From assembly GCA_018303185.1 (NCBI GenBank), contig JAGVYR010000030.1, forward strand, positions 1 through 54,562: 54,562 nucleotides of DNA, written 5' to 3'. The translations under genes were made by a program, and so were the position numbers. The notes under the pieces were generated by a model. The model searched no databases. It was not told where the DNA came from and worked only from the letters and a program-made list of their open reading frames with translations. Position 1 is the stretch's first letter; each line of letters opens with the position of its first letter. The DNA comes from Candidatus Woesearchaeota archaeon (GTDB taxonomy: Archaea; Nanobdellota; Nanobdellia; Woesearchaeales; GW2011-AR4). Positions 46,107-54,562 of this stretch are shown piece by piece.

Positions 46107-46874
46107 CTATTTGCCTCCTTTTTCCCTAGCTATAAGATAAAAGTAAAAGCGGTTGAAGAACAAAATAAGATACGGGATGGCAATCAGGGCTATGAGATAT
46201 ACTCTTATCGTGGCAGGATAAAGCGCGAGATTATTGCCAAATCTTATGTAGTACTGCGCATAATCTTTCAGTATGCTGTTAGCGCCTATGAAATACCACA
46301 GCGCAAACAAAACTATCATTGAGGCAATGCTCCAGAGATACAATCCGATATAAGAGCTGATTTTCGCAAACGCCATTCCAAGGGATTTCCTGAGCAGCTC
46401 AGCGAATTTCTTCGTGTCAGAAAAGCAGGAATGGGAAAAATTCAGCAAAGGATAGAAAAAGAAAAGCAGTGCTAAGGAAAGCACTATGAACATTATCTGG
46501 CCGAGAAGAGGTTTCATCATGGAAATAAAAAATAATATAGCAAAAGCAAACACATTAAGGGCAACAGCCAGCATTGCATTAAGCCCAAGGAATTTCGGAA
46601 ACAGCTTTGCTTCGGTTTTTTTCGGTGAGAAGACACCGGATATGCTGCTAATAACCAAAAATTTGGATATTGAATAAGCCAAAACCATGACCGCGAAGTA
46701 AATGAGCTGGCTAATCGGCGAAGCCGGAAAAAGTCCCTTGATGAAAAATGCGGCAGTGAAGAAAACAAGGTCAATCACAAGCACTGTCAGGGCAACATCA
46801 TAATTATTTTTGATCAGCTTTGCTGTCCTGAGAAAATAGGATTCTTTAAAGGAACTCATGGGCTTATTCGGCAA
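46107..46874 (-). CDS. Hypothetical multi-pass membrane protein
   Basis: About 6 TM helices; in operon with lgt. Confidence 0.65.
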   Translation of the reverse strand: MPNKPMSSFKESYFLRTAKLIKNNYDVALTVLVIDLVFFTAAFFIKGLFPASPISQLIYFAVMVLAYSISKFLVISSISGVFSPKKTEAKLFPKFLGLNAMLAVALNVFAFAILFFISMMKPLLGQIMFIVLSLALLFFFYPLLNFSHSCFSDTKKFAELLRKSLGMAFAKISSYIGLYLWSIASMIVLFALWYFIGANSILKDYAQYYIRFGNNLALYPATIRVYLIALIAIPYLILFFNRFYFYLIAREKGGK

Positions 46875-47302
46875 CCTGTTGCCTGTGCAAGGCTGTCAAA
46901 GCTCTGCACTTTCTCAAGCTTTTTTCCGCCTATGACCCATGTGGGCGTAAATCTGATATCTGGCCCTTCTGTGAAGTCCCTGTAGTCAACATATTTGAAG
47001 GATTTTCCGAACATTCCTCTCTGGGCCTGCGAGTACTGGCACCACGAGGCACCATACATGACAGCGCCTTTTTCCGAAAGGCATTGCGCAAAGCCGTCAT
47101 GAAGGCCGGGCTTCTGGGCATTGTAGAATGCAAATCCAATTGCAGAAATCGCAACTAAAACTATAACAGCGCCTATTATCCAAGGAATTTTGCTCTTTTT
47201 TGCTTCCTGCTGGGGGCTTGTATCAGGATGCTGCTTTGCAGCCTCTGCCTGCTGCCTTATGCTCTCCAGTTTAGCAAGCTTCCTTTCCTTTCTGGTTGAC
47301 AT
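46856..47302 (-). CDS. Membrane-anchored thioredoxin-fold protein (VKOR-partner type, CxxS)
   Basis: FAQCL..KG..MYGASWCQYS..Q..FG, PTW, L...TGC. Confidence 0.78.
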   Translation of the reverse strand: MSTRKERKLAKLESIRQQAEAAKQHPDTSPQQEAKKSKIPWIIGAVIVLVAISAIGFAFYNAQKPGLHDGFAQCLSEKGAVMYGASWCQYSQAQRGMFGKSFKYVDYRDFTEGPDIRFTPTWVIGGKKLEKVQSFDSLAQATGCRISP

Positions 47303-47308
47303 CTTACC

Positions 47309-47527
47309 TTACAATGATGCGGATGGCTCTGAAACTGCTGAAGGGGTTTCAGTCACAGGAGCCGGAGCAACACCGCAGCCGCCGCCATAGTAAGCGTTTG
47401 GCTGTCCTGCGCCGTACTGGCCCTGCTGCCCATATGCCGCATATCCGGTAGGACCGGAATTCCTGCTGCATCCTACAACTAACAATGCCAAAACCAAAAT
47501 TAAAGCAAATAAAGCTGTTTTTTTCAT
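47309..47527 (-). CDS. Small lipoprotein
   Basis: GGTGA RBS; MKK-hydrophobic-LVVGC lipobox; G/Q/Y-rich segment with GGGCGV. Confidence 0.75.
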   Translation of the reverse strand: MKKTALFALILVLALLVVGCSRNSGPTGYAAYGQQGQYGAGQPNAYYGGGCGVAPAPVTETPSAVSEPSASL

Positions 47528-47538
47528 GTTCTCACCTT

Positions 47539-48300
47539 TTAGTTTGCAAGCTCAGCCTCAATTACCTGCTGGAAATTCTGGAACGGATGAGCTCCTATCA
47601 ATGGTATCCCATTTATCAAAAAGCCCGGTGTTCCGCTTATTCCTGCTTGTGAGCCCTGGCTGAAATCTTCCTGTATCTCTGCCCTGTATTTTCCTGTTTC
47701 TACACAGCTGTTGAACTTGTCCATGTCAAGGCCAAGCTTCTGCGCAATTTCAGTGTATAGTGCTGCACCCATTCTGCCCTGGTTCTGGTAAATCTGGTCG
47801 TGGAATTCCCAGAACTTGCCCTGCTCATGGGCGCATTCTGCGGCTTCTGCAGCCGGCTGCGCCTCAGGGTGGAAGCTCAACGGGAAGTCTTTGTAGACCA
47901 TCTTTACTTTTCCAGTTTTTATATATTTCTCTTCAATCTGCCCAAGAGTATCCTGATAAAATCGGCCGCAGTAAGGGCACTGGAAATCTGCAAATTCCAC
48001 AATTGTTACAGGAGCATCTGCATCGCCCTTTACAGGGTCGCCTTCAAGGCTTACCTGCTGCCTCTGAGGCTCGCCCTGCGGCTCCTGCTGTGTCGGCTGC
48101 GGCGCAGCTGCCTGCTGCTGGCCTCCGCCTGTATTTGCGCCGACGCTTGGACCGCCTGAACCTGTGAACCACATGACAACAATTATTATCGCTAAAACTG
48201 CAGATACAATCTGCCAAAGAGTCTCTTTCTTAATTGTGTAAGCCTCTTTCTTTGGCTCGTGCATGTGATGCACATGCGGCTTGTCTTCTTTTTCATCCAT
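47539..48300 (-). CDS. DsbA family disulfide oxidoreductase
   Basis: TM anchor, G..DAPVTIVEF.DFQCPYC, DFPL, AAECA..QGKFW, GTP. Confidence 0.92.
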   Translation of the reverse strand: MDEKEDKPHVHHMHEPKKEAYTIKKETLWQIVSAVLAIIIVVMWFTGSGGPSVGANTGGGQQQAAAPQPTQQEPQGEPQRQQVSLEGDPVKGDADAPVTIVEFADFQCPYCGRFYQDTLGQIEEKYIKTGKVKMVYKDFPLSFHPEAQPAAEAAECAHEQGKFWEFHDQIYQNQGRMGAALYTEIAQKLGLDMDKFNSCVETGKYRAEIQEDFSQGSQAGISGTPGFLINGIPLIGAHPFQNFQQVIEAELAN

Positions 48301-48480
48301 ATTAAATGCACCCCTTTATCGGCTGTCAATCTGAGGGCTTTTATAAAGTTTTGCCCCCTTTGCCTTGTTATTTTATGATAGGATATATAATTAATCATGA
48401 AGACGGTATGGCATTTTGGCTTTTAAACTGAAAAACGGGGCTTATTTATGTTCATTATTGTTCATGCTGTGTTATTTCAG

Positions 48481-49245
48481 CTATTCAAGGAATGTAAGCA
48501 GAAGCATGACTGCAATGCCCAAAATGAATGTGATGAACTGCATCAGTGATATGAACGGATTGTTTTCCTTGTGAAGCTCAGGAATAAGGTCAGCGGATGC
48601 AATGTAGATAAAGCCTCCTGCTGTGAAAGGGATAAGGAACAGGGAGAAGCTTTCTGAAATGTTCTGAATCAGCAGGACAACCAGTGCCCCCGCTACAGCC
48701 AGAAGAGCAGACATCAGGTTGAAGAAAAGCGCCTTCTTTCTTGTGAAGCCGCCATGTAGAAGCACGCCAAAGTCTCCAATCTCCTGCGGGATTTCGTGGA
48801 ATATCACTGCAAGGGTCGTGGCAATGCCCAACGGAATCGAGGCAATGTAGCTTCCCGCAACTATCATGCCGTCTATAAAGTTGTGAAGGCCGTCCCCGAA
48901 AAGATTCATCTTTGCAACGCCGTGCGGATCTTTAGCGTCATGGACATCGCAAGTGCCTGTCTTGTGGCAATGGCGCCAGTGGATGTATTTTTCAAGGACA
49001 AAGAAAACTATGATTCCCGCAAGGGTGTATAATGAGAGCTGTATGGTGAAGCCATATCCTTCAACCGCTTCCGGCAGAAGATGGATGAAAACATCACCGA
49101 GCAAAGCGCCTGCGGCAAAGCTGACAAGAATGACAAGAGCTTTTTTTGTGTTTATTCTGTTGAAGAGCAAGGCAACTGCACCTATCAATGATATGGCGCT
49201 GACTATCAGGACGCTTAGGATTGAGTAAAGCCAGATGCTAAGCAT
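48481..49245 (-). CDS. ZIP family metal transporter
   Basis: HLLPE, His-rich loop, HNFIDG, HEIPQE.GD, DLIPE. Confidence 0.93.
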   Translation of the reverse strand: MLSIWLYSILSVLIVSAISLIGAVALLFNRINTKKALVILVSFAAGALLGDVFIHLLPEAVEGYGFTIQLSLYTLAGIIVFFVLEKYIHWRHCHKTGTCDVHDAKDPHGVAKMNLFGDGLHNFIDGMIVAGSYIASIPLGIATTLAVIFHEIPQEIGDFGVLLHGGFTRKKALFFNLMSALLAVAGALVVLLIQNISESFSLFLIPFTAGGFIYIASADLIPELHKENNPFISLMQFITFILGIAVMLLLTFLE

Positions 49246-49323
49246 AGCCTTAGAATACTGCTCCTGTTTTAAAAGGTTTTTATTAGCAACACATTTATTA
49301 ATTCTCCATAATTCTTAGAAACA

Positions 49324-50541
49324 ATGCAAAACCTATCATTCACAGTAAAGAAAGAAGCAAAAAAAAGCAGGGCAAGGCTTGGAATTATTGAAGTTGCCCA
49401 CGGTAAGATTGAGACGCCATACTTTGTCCCTGTGGCTACTGCTGCCACTGTGCGGGGTTTGGACCAAATGGACATGGAAGAATTGAGGGCGCAGGTTTTG
49501 CTGGCAAACACTTATCACCTTCATTTAAGGCCCGGAGACAAAAACGTGAAAAAGCTTGGCGGGCTTCATAGGTTCATGAACTGGAACAAGCCTTTATTTA
49601 CAGATTCAGGAGGATTTCAGGCGTTTTCCCTGGGATACGGGATGGAGCACAACATCAATAAACTGGGGAATATTTTTCCTGAAAACAAGAAAACCAAAAC
49701 AGAAGATATAAAGGAAAAATTTGCAACCATAAACGACAAAGGAGTAACGTTCAAGGCGCATCATTCAGGCGAGATAATCCATTTGAACCCAAAGAAGTCA
49801 ATAGAGATACAACAGAATCTTGGGGCTGACATCATTTTGGCTTTTGACGAGTGTACATCTCCATTGTCTTCAAAGGAATATACAAAGACTGCAATGGAAA
49901 GGACGCACAGGTGGGCTATAGAATCGTTAAAGTTTCACAAGAAAAAAGCAAAAAAAACAAAGCAGGCACTTTACGGAATAATACAGGGCGGAGAATACAG
50001 GGATTTAAGGGATGAATCAACCAGATTCATAACTTCTCTTGATTTTGACGGCATTGCAATCGGCGGCTCACTGGGGAAGTCAAAGAATGACATGCATAAC
50101 ATCCTTGACTGGGTTATTCCTTCGCTTCCAAAAAACAAGCCCCGCCATCTTCTTGGGATTGGGGATATTGATGACATTTTCATTGCAGTGGAAAAGGGAA
50201 TTGACACTTTTGACTGCGTCTATCCGACAAGAATAGCTAGAAGAGGCACTCTCTTGGTTACTCCCGAAGAAGGCGGCTCATTAAAGAATAAATTCAGGCT
50301 GAATATTGGCAATGCAAAGTTTAAGCTGGACAAAAAGCCGGTTGACAGGACTTGCACATGCAGCACGTGCAGGAATTATTCAAGGGCTTACCTAAACCAC
50401 CTGTACAAGACAAAAGAGCTTGCCTATTTCAAGCTTGCAGCGCTGCACAACGTGCATTTCATGCTCAATCTGATGGAAAGGATAAGGGAAGCGATAAGGA
50501 ATGATTCCCTTCATAAGCTGAAAAAGAAATGGCTAGGATAG
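49324..50541 (+). CDS. tgt: tRNA-guanine transglycosylase, bacterial type (queuosine pathway)
   Basis: NTYHL, TDSGGFQ, FDEC, IQGG, PRHLLG, FDCV.PTR, CTC..C..H zinc site; no archaeal PUA extension. Confidence 0.93.
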   Translation: MQNLSFTVKKEAKKSRARLGIIEVAHGKIETPYFVPVATAATVRGLDQMDMEELRAQVLLANTYHLHLRPGDKNVKKLGGLHRFMNWNKPLFTDSGGFQAFSLGYGMEHNINKLGNIFPENKKTKTEDIKEKFATINDKGVTFKAHHSGEIIHLNPKKSIEIQQNLGADIILAFDECTSPLSSKEYTKTAMERTHRWAIESLKFHKKKAKKTKQALYGIIQGGEYRDLRDESTRFITSLDFDGIAIGGSLGKSKNDMHNILDWVIPSLPKNKPRHLLGIGDIDDIFIAVEKGIDTFDCVYPTRIARRGTLLVTPEEGGSLKNKFRLNIGNAKFKLDKKPVDRTCTCSTCRNYSRAYLNHLYKTKELAYFKLAALHNVHFMLNLMERIREAIRNDSLHKLKKKWLG

Positions 50542-51402
50542 TGAGACAAGCACTATGCCGGATATTATCATAAGTATAGCAAGGTACTGCAGCGGCTTTA
50601 TTTTTTCTTTGTAGATGAACTTTCCGTACAATACTGCGATGAATGGGTTTGAGTATGTAATCGCGATTATTATGCTGACATCCGCTATGTTTATCCCGAG
50701 GTTGTAGAACAGTGTTCCTGCAGCTATGAAAATGGCCAGCAAAACTATGTAAGCCATATGCTTCCCGGCTTTTGGGAATGAAGTTTCAGCTTTTATATGC
50801 TTCAGATGGACGAATGAGGCAGCCATCACCCCGAATTCAAAGACGAATGCGGAAAGGTAAGGGCCGAGATGGGCTATCGGGAGCTTTGCAAGGAAATAGA
50901 CAAGGCCCCATAATGGTATTGCGAGCAAGGCAAATGGGACGCCGCTGGATTTTTTAAAGAAATCAGAACCTCTTATGTTCCTGAAATTTATTGAAATCAA
51001 TGTAATTCCAAAAAGAATAATTATTATTGAAAGTATCTGCATTGAAGACAGTATTTCATTGAAAAAGAAAACTGAAAGAAGGATTGTGACAACCAATGAA
51101 GAGTTTGCTATCGTAGTTACTATGCCGACATTGCCGCAAGTGACCGCTTTGTAATAAAACAATAGCGGGAAATACCCGAGAATGCCGATTAGCAGGGCAA
51201 CGAGAATATAGCCTGCAGAAAATTTTGATTCGCCGATAAACACTAAAAAAACAACAAAAAGAATTAAACTCACTAATATTCCCCTCAAAAAAACGCTTCT
51301 TTCGCTTCCAACCTCGCGTGCCGGGACTTTGGATATCGCGTTTGCAAGGCCGTAGCCGAGCATAGACAGGAGGCCGAATATTATGCCGGATGGGATGCCC
51401 AT
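50533..51402 (-). CDS. EamA/DMT family transporter
   Basis: 10 TM helices, two EamA repeats. Confidence 0.85.
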   Translation of the reverse strand: MGIPSGIIFGLLSMLGYGLANAISKVPAREVGSERSVFLRGILVSLILFVVFLVFIGESKFSAGYILVALLIGILGYFPLLFYYKAVTCGNVGIVTTIANSSLVVTILLSVFFFNEILSSMQILSIIIILFGITLISINFRNIRGSDFFKKSSGVPFALLAIPLWGLVYFLAKLPIAHLGPYLSAFVFEFGVMAASFVHLKHIKAETSFPKAGKHMAYIVLLAIFIAAGTLFYNLGINIADVSIIIAITYSNPFIAVLYGKFIYKEKIKPLQYLAILMIISGIVLVSLS

Positions 51403-51404
51403 GG

Positions 51405-52145
51405 TTATCCGTCTGCCCTGTCAGCCTCTTTTTTAAGGCGCCTTGCCCAGTAGACAAATGGAGTGTCGCAGACTGCCACGACAAATTTCATTACGTAGCT
51501 TACCCAGAATATCTCAATGATTATGGGCCACTCAAAGACCTGCTCCCAATGAACCCTTCCATAAGTAAAAAAAGATTCCAATCCAAAAGCCCCTACAAAT
51601 GCTATATAAGTAAAAATAGCATTATCTAAAAGCTGGGAAACCATTGTAGATGCGTTATTCCTGATCCAGAGATGCTTTCCCTTTGTCTTTTTCTTCCAGA
51701 ACTGGAATGCCCATACGTCATGGAACTGGGAGACAAGATAGGCTGCCAATGAAGCTACAACAATCCTCGGGAAAAAGCCGAATACCTGCTCGAGCGCAGG
51801 GCTCATGATGTCGGACTCGTCAGGCACGAACTGAAGTGTAACTTGCATCACTACGGCAGTCATGATGAGGACAAAAAACCCTATTATCACTGCCTTATTT
51901 GCCTCTTTTTTCCCGTAATTCTCGCACAGGATGTCTGTTATTAAAAATGTTGAGCTGTAGATTATGTTCCCTTCAGCCGTGACAAACCCGAAAACCTTGA
52001 TTGTCTTCAAAACCTGTATGTTTGCAAGTATTATGGAGATAGCTGTCCAGACATAGAGGCCTGTCCTTCCGAATAATTTGTATGATGCTATCACTCCCAG
52101 GAAAATGAACAGGAGCAAAAACACCCATAAAAGCTCGTTTATCAT
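51405..52145 (-). CDS. yhhQ: Queuosine precursor transporter (YhhQ/VUT family)
   Basis: ANI...K, FL.TD.L.E.YG...A, R...AS..AYLVSQ..D, W.RN..ST..SQ..D..IF, DTPF.Y. Confidence 0.9.
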   Translation of the reverse strand: MINELLWVFLLLFIFLGVIASYKLFGRTGLYVWTAISIILANIQVLKTIKVFGFVTAEGNIIYSSTFLITDILCENYGKKEANKAVIIGFFVLIMTAVVMQVTLQFVPDESDIMSPALEQVFGFFPRIVVASLAAYLVSQFHDVWAFQFWKKKTKGKHLWIRNNASTMVSQLLDNAIFTYIAFVGAFGLESFFTYGRVHWEQVFEWPIIIEIFWVSYVMKFVVAVCDTPFVYWARRLKKEADRADG

Positions 52146-52156
52146 TTTTCCTCCGC

Positions 52157-52990
52157 TTATTTCTTCAGATGCTTATCCAAAAAAGCAACTGTCTTTTCCC
52201 AGGCATCCTTTGTCTTTTCAGCATCATGGCCCGCGTTTGAAGGGTTTGCAAAGGCATGGCCTACTCCTTCATAGATGTAAATTTCGTTTTCAACGCCAAG
52301 CTCATCCAGCGCAGCGTCAAACTCATTTACTGATGAGACAGGGATTCCTGTGTCTTCCTCTCCAAATACGCCAAGCACGGGCCAGTTGATGGCATCAAGC
52401 TGCTCAGGATCTGTAACTAAATTTCCGTAGTAGATGACAGTCGCTGAAAGGTTTTCATTGAAGGAAAGCTGAAGGCTCATCCCGCCTCCGAAGCACCATC
52501 CCATTGAGGCTATGTCATTCTGTATTACGTCTTCCCTGCTGTTGAGATAGGAGACGGCAGCCTTCATGTGCTCAATTGCAGCTTCAGGGTTTTCCCTAAC
52601 TTCAGAAGCGTAAGTGCGTGCATCATCCGGAACTTCAGCAACCTTTCCTCCGTACAAATCCACTGCAAGCACAACATAGCCTTCCTCTGCCAAGTCGTGG
52701 GCCATGTTCTTTATGTTCTGGTTCAGGCCCCACCATTCGTGTATCATTACGACAGCAGGGTATTTTCCTTCTGCTTTTGGAGTTACAAGATAATCATTGT
52801 AGCCATTGTACATTACCCATTTTCCGTCCATGCTTTCGTCAGGCTCTGATATTGCGGCTTCTTCCCCATGCAGGGAAGGGTCATTGTCAATATCTTCCTG
52901 AGTCCTCTCCTGTGTTGTTTGAACAGGAGCACAGGACGCAATAAGCATTATCAAAGCACTAAAAACCAATGCAATTCCGAAATTTTTCAT
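52157..52990 (-). CDS. Dienelactone hydrolase family lipoprotein
   Basis: Lipobox LIASC; HEWWGLN, GWCFGG, GHAF. Confidence 0.88.
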   Translation of the reverse strand: MKNFGIALVFSALIMLIASCAPVQTTQERTQEDIDNDPSLHGEEAAISEPDESMDGKWVMYNGYNDYLVTPKAEGKYPAVVMIHEWWGLNQNIKNMAHDLAEEGYVVLAVDLYGGKVAEVPDDARTYASEVRENPEAAIEHMKAAVSYLNSREDVIQNDIASMGWCFGGGMSLQLSFNENLSATVIYYGNLVTDPEQLDAINWPVLGVFGEEDTGIPVSSVNEFDAALDELGVENEIYIYEGVGHAFANPSNAGHDAEKTKDAWEKTVAFLDKHLKK

Positions 52991-53001
52991 TTTTTCACCA
53001 G

Positions 53002-53964
53002 TCAATTGCCGAAATACCTTGATATAAAAGCTTTTGCCCTTTCCGGGCTCGCTTCCTTGACAAGAACGCGGCCGTCTCTGAATGCAGTCAGCTCGTTGAA
53101 GACGAAGCAGAAGCCGGCATCCTTTATTGGGGCTATCTTTTTTAATTTTTCTTTCGTCTTTTTATAATCTATATCTAAATAAAACTGGTAAACATTGTTG
53201 CCGCAGTACTTTACGGCTTTCTCTTCCTTTTTTCCGCTGAGATATTCATAAATGCCTTTGCAGGCTTTGCATTTTGGATTTTTCTTTATCTTTATTTTTT
53301 CCAATGTATTTTCCCATATATTGAATCTCAACAATTCATTTTCCCTTGTTTTTCCTAAGATAATCTTCAAAACCTGTGTGACAGCGAGAGAAGCTACTGA
53401 TGCAGATGCTGTGTTCAAAATGCCTGCAGTCTCGCAAGTTTCCTCTGCTTTTGAGGCCTGGAAGATGCAGCCAAAGCACGCGCCTTTTGGAAGAAAAGTT
53501 ATTACATTGCCCTCTTCCTTTATCGCTGCCGAGTAAATCCACGGCTTTTTGCTTTTTTTGCAGAACTCGTTGATAATGTGCCTTGTGTATATATTGTCGG
53601 TGCAGTCCAATATAATGCTTGCGTCTTCTAAAATCTGGGTGTTCCTGTGATTCAAATCTGAAACATGGAATTCAATCTCAACATCCGAATTAACGTCTTT
53701 AAGGATTGAAGCAGCAACTTCTGCCTTGTAGCTGCCCACGTCCTTTTCATCGAATAAAGTCTGCCTCTGCAAATTGGAGAGTTCAACAATGTCCCTGTCT
53801 ACAAGGATTAATTTTCCGATGCCTGCCCTTGCCAGAAGGTCAGAGGCAATAGTTCCAAGCGCGCCAATGCCGATTACTGCGACTGCCGCTTTCCTTATTT
53901 TCTCCTGCCCCTTCTTTCCGATGCCATGAAGGGCTGACTGCCTTGAATACCTGTCCATGACCAC
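53002..53964 (-). CDS. ThiF/MoeB (E1-like) adenylyltransferase
   Basis: RYSRQ, GIGALG, D.D.VE.SNLQRQ, DCTDN, CxxC x2. Confidence 0.92.
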   Translation of the reverse strand: MVMDRYSRQSALHGIGKKGQEKIRKAAVAVIGIGALGTIASDLLARAGIGKLILVDRDIVELSNLQRQTLFDEKDVGSYKAEVAASILKDVNSDVEIEFHVSDLNHRNTQILEDASIILDCTDNIYTRHIINEFCKKSKKPWIYSAAIKEEGNVITFLPKGACFGCIFQASKAEETCETAGILNTASASVASLAVTQVLKIILGKTRENELLRFNIWENTLEKIKIKKNPKCKACKGIYEYLSGKKEEKAVKYCGNNVYQFYLDIDYKKTKEKLKKIAPIKDAGFCFVFNELTAFRDGRVLVKEASPERAKAFISRYFGN

Positions 53965-54007
53965 TCCCCTCAGCAGGTTTATTCGGTTGTTTTTAAAATT
54001 AACCTGA

Positions 54008-54373
54008 TCACTTCACAAACTCAACATTCTTCAATTCAGTGAAGTGCTTCTCGCCTGTAAGGAATTTTATTCCAAGCTCAAGCGACATAATGTAGCCTAT
54101 GCAGTCAATATAGGAAATCAGATTCTTCTTTTTCCTCTGCGAAAGCCTGAACTTCATTGCCTGCTTTACAGTGTCCTCGCTTACAGGCACGCATATCGGC
54201 CTGAATTGCGCATAGTACTTTTCAGCTGTCTTTTCATCATACAGCCTAAGGAGGATGTAGTAAAGCTCCATAAGGTTGTAGGAAGTTGTGACAGAAGCGG
54301 AATCGGCAAACTTTTTGTATGCAGGATTGCCCTTTATTATCTCAACTATTGCGTAAGTGTCAAGGAAATGCAT
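54008..54373 (-). CDS. vapC: VapC PIN-domain toxin
   Basis: FLDTY, E, SYIDC, LTG..HF. Confidence 0.88.
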   Translation of the reverse strand: MHFLDTYAIVEIIKGNPAYKKFADSASVTTSYNLMELYYILLRLYDEKTAEKYYAQFRPICVPVSEDTVKQAMKFRLSQRKKKNLISYIDCIGYIMSLELGIKFLTGEKHFTELKNVEFVK

Positions 54374-54562
54374 CTAGTCTTCCCCTTCCCTTATCCTGTC
54401 CAGAATCTCCTGCGTAGGCTCTTTTATATTCAAAGTTCCGAAAGCTTTCTTTATGCCTGCCTGCTTTTCAGGGATGTATATCTTTAAGTAGCTGTCAGCC
54501 TTTATGCGGTTTTTCCTTATTATATCTTTGGGAAGGGCTATTCCTATTGAATTGCCCCATCT
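54374..54562 (-). CDS. AbrB/MazE-type antitoxin (partial, runs off window)
   Basis: Reads RWGNSIGIALPKDII...FG...TQEILDRIREGED*; TAG abuts the vapC ATG. Confidence 0.82.
   Translation of the reverse strand, partial: RWGNSIGIALPKDIIRKNRIKADSYLKIYIPEKQAGIKKAFGTLNIKEPTQEILDRIREGED

Noticed and set aside
1..54562. CRISPR array, integron or prophage
   Set aside because: No regularly spaced repeats, integrase, attC-like arrays or virion genes were seen

Overview
Gene-dense chromosomal segment of an archaeon. Nop5, fibrillarin, the secF-secD order, TTTAWA TATA boxes and GGTGA ribosome-binding sites support this; the many bacterial-type genes suggest a DPANN/Woesearchaeota-like lineage (inference). 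It carries housekeeping genes (pyrG, pyrH, secDF, nop5, fibrillarin, pdxST, pyk, pgi, gdh, nfo, ygfZ-like, ubiB-like) and a surface-glycosylation cluster (wecB-like, YfhO, GT-C-like, methyltransferase). It has four toxin-antitoxin loci: MNT with truncated HEPN, two RelE pairs and VapBC. A large envelope thiol-redox toolkit comprises VKOR, DsbA, a circularly permuted CcdA, a DipZ-like protein, a TlpA-DUF3179 fusion and thioredoxins. A bacterial-type Lgt sits beside lipobox proteins, and a bacterial-type tgt sits with a YhhQ/VUT transporter, suggesting queuosine salvage. Most larger intergenic gaps hold a family of 110-300 bp non-coding elements. Two have clean terminal inverted repeats and 9-bp target-site duplications (MITE-like), and the copies share nested, shuffled hairpin modules with compensatory base changes. 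No transposase, rRNA, tRNA or CRISPR array was seen. Two small Cys-rich ORFs missed by the ORF track were found. All assignments come from motif recognition only; no database searches were run.
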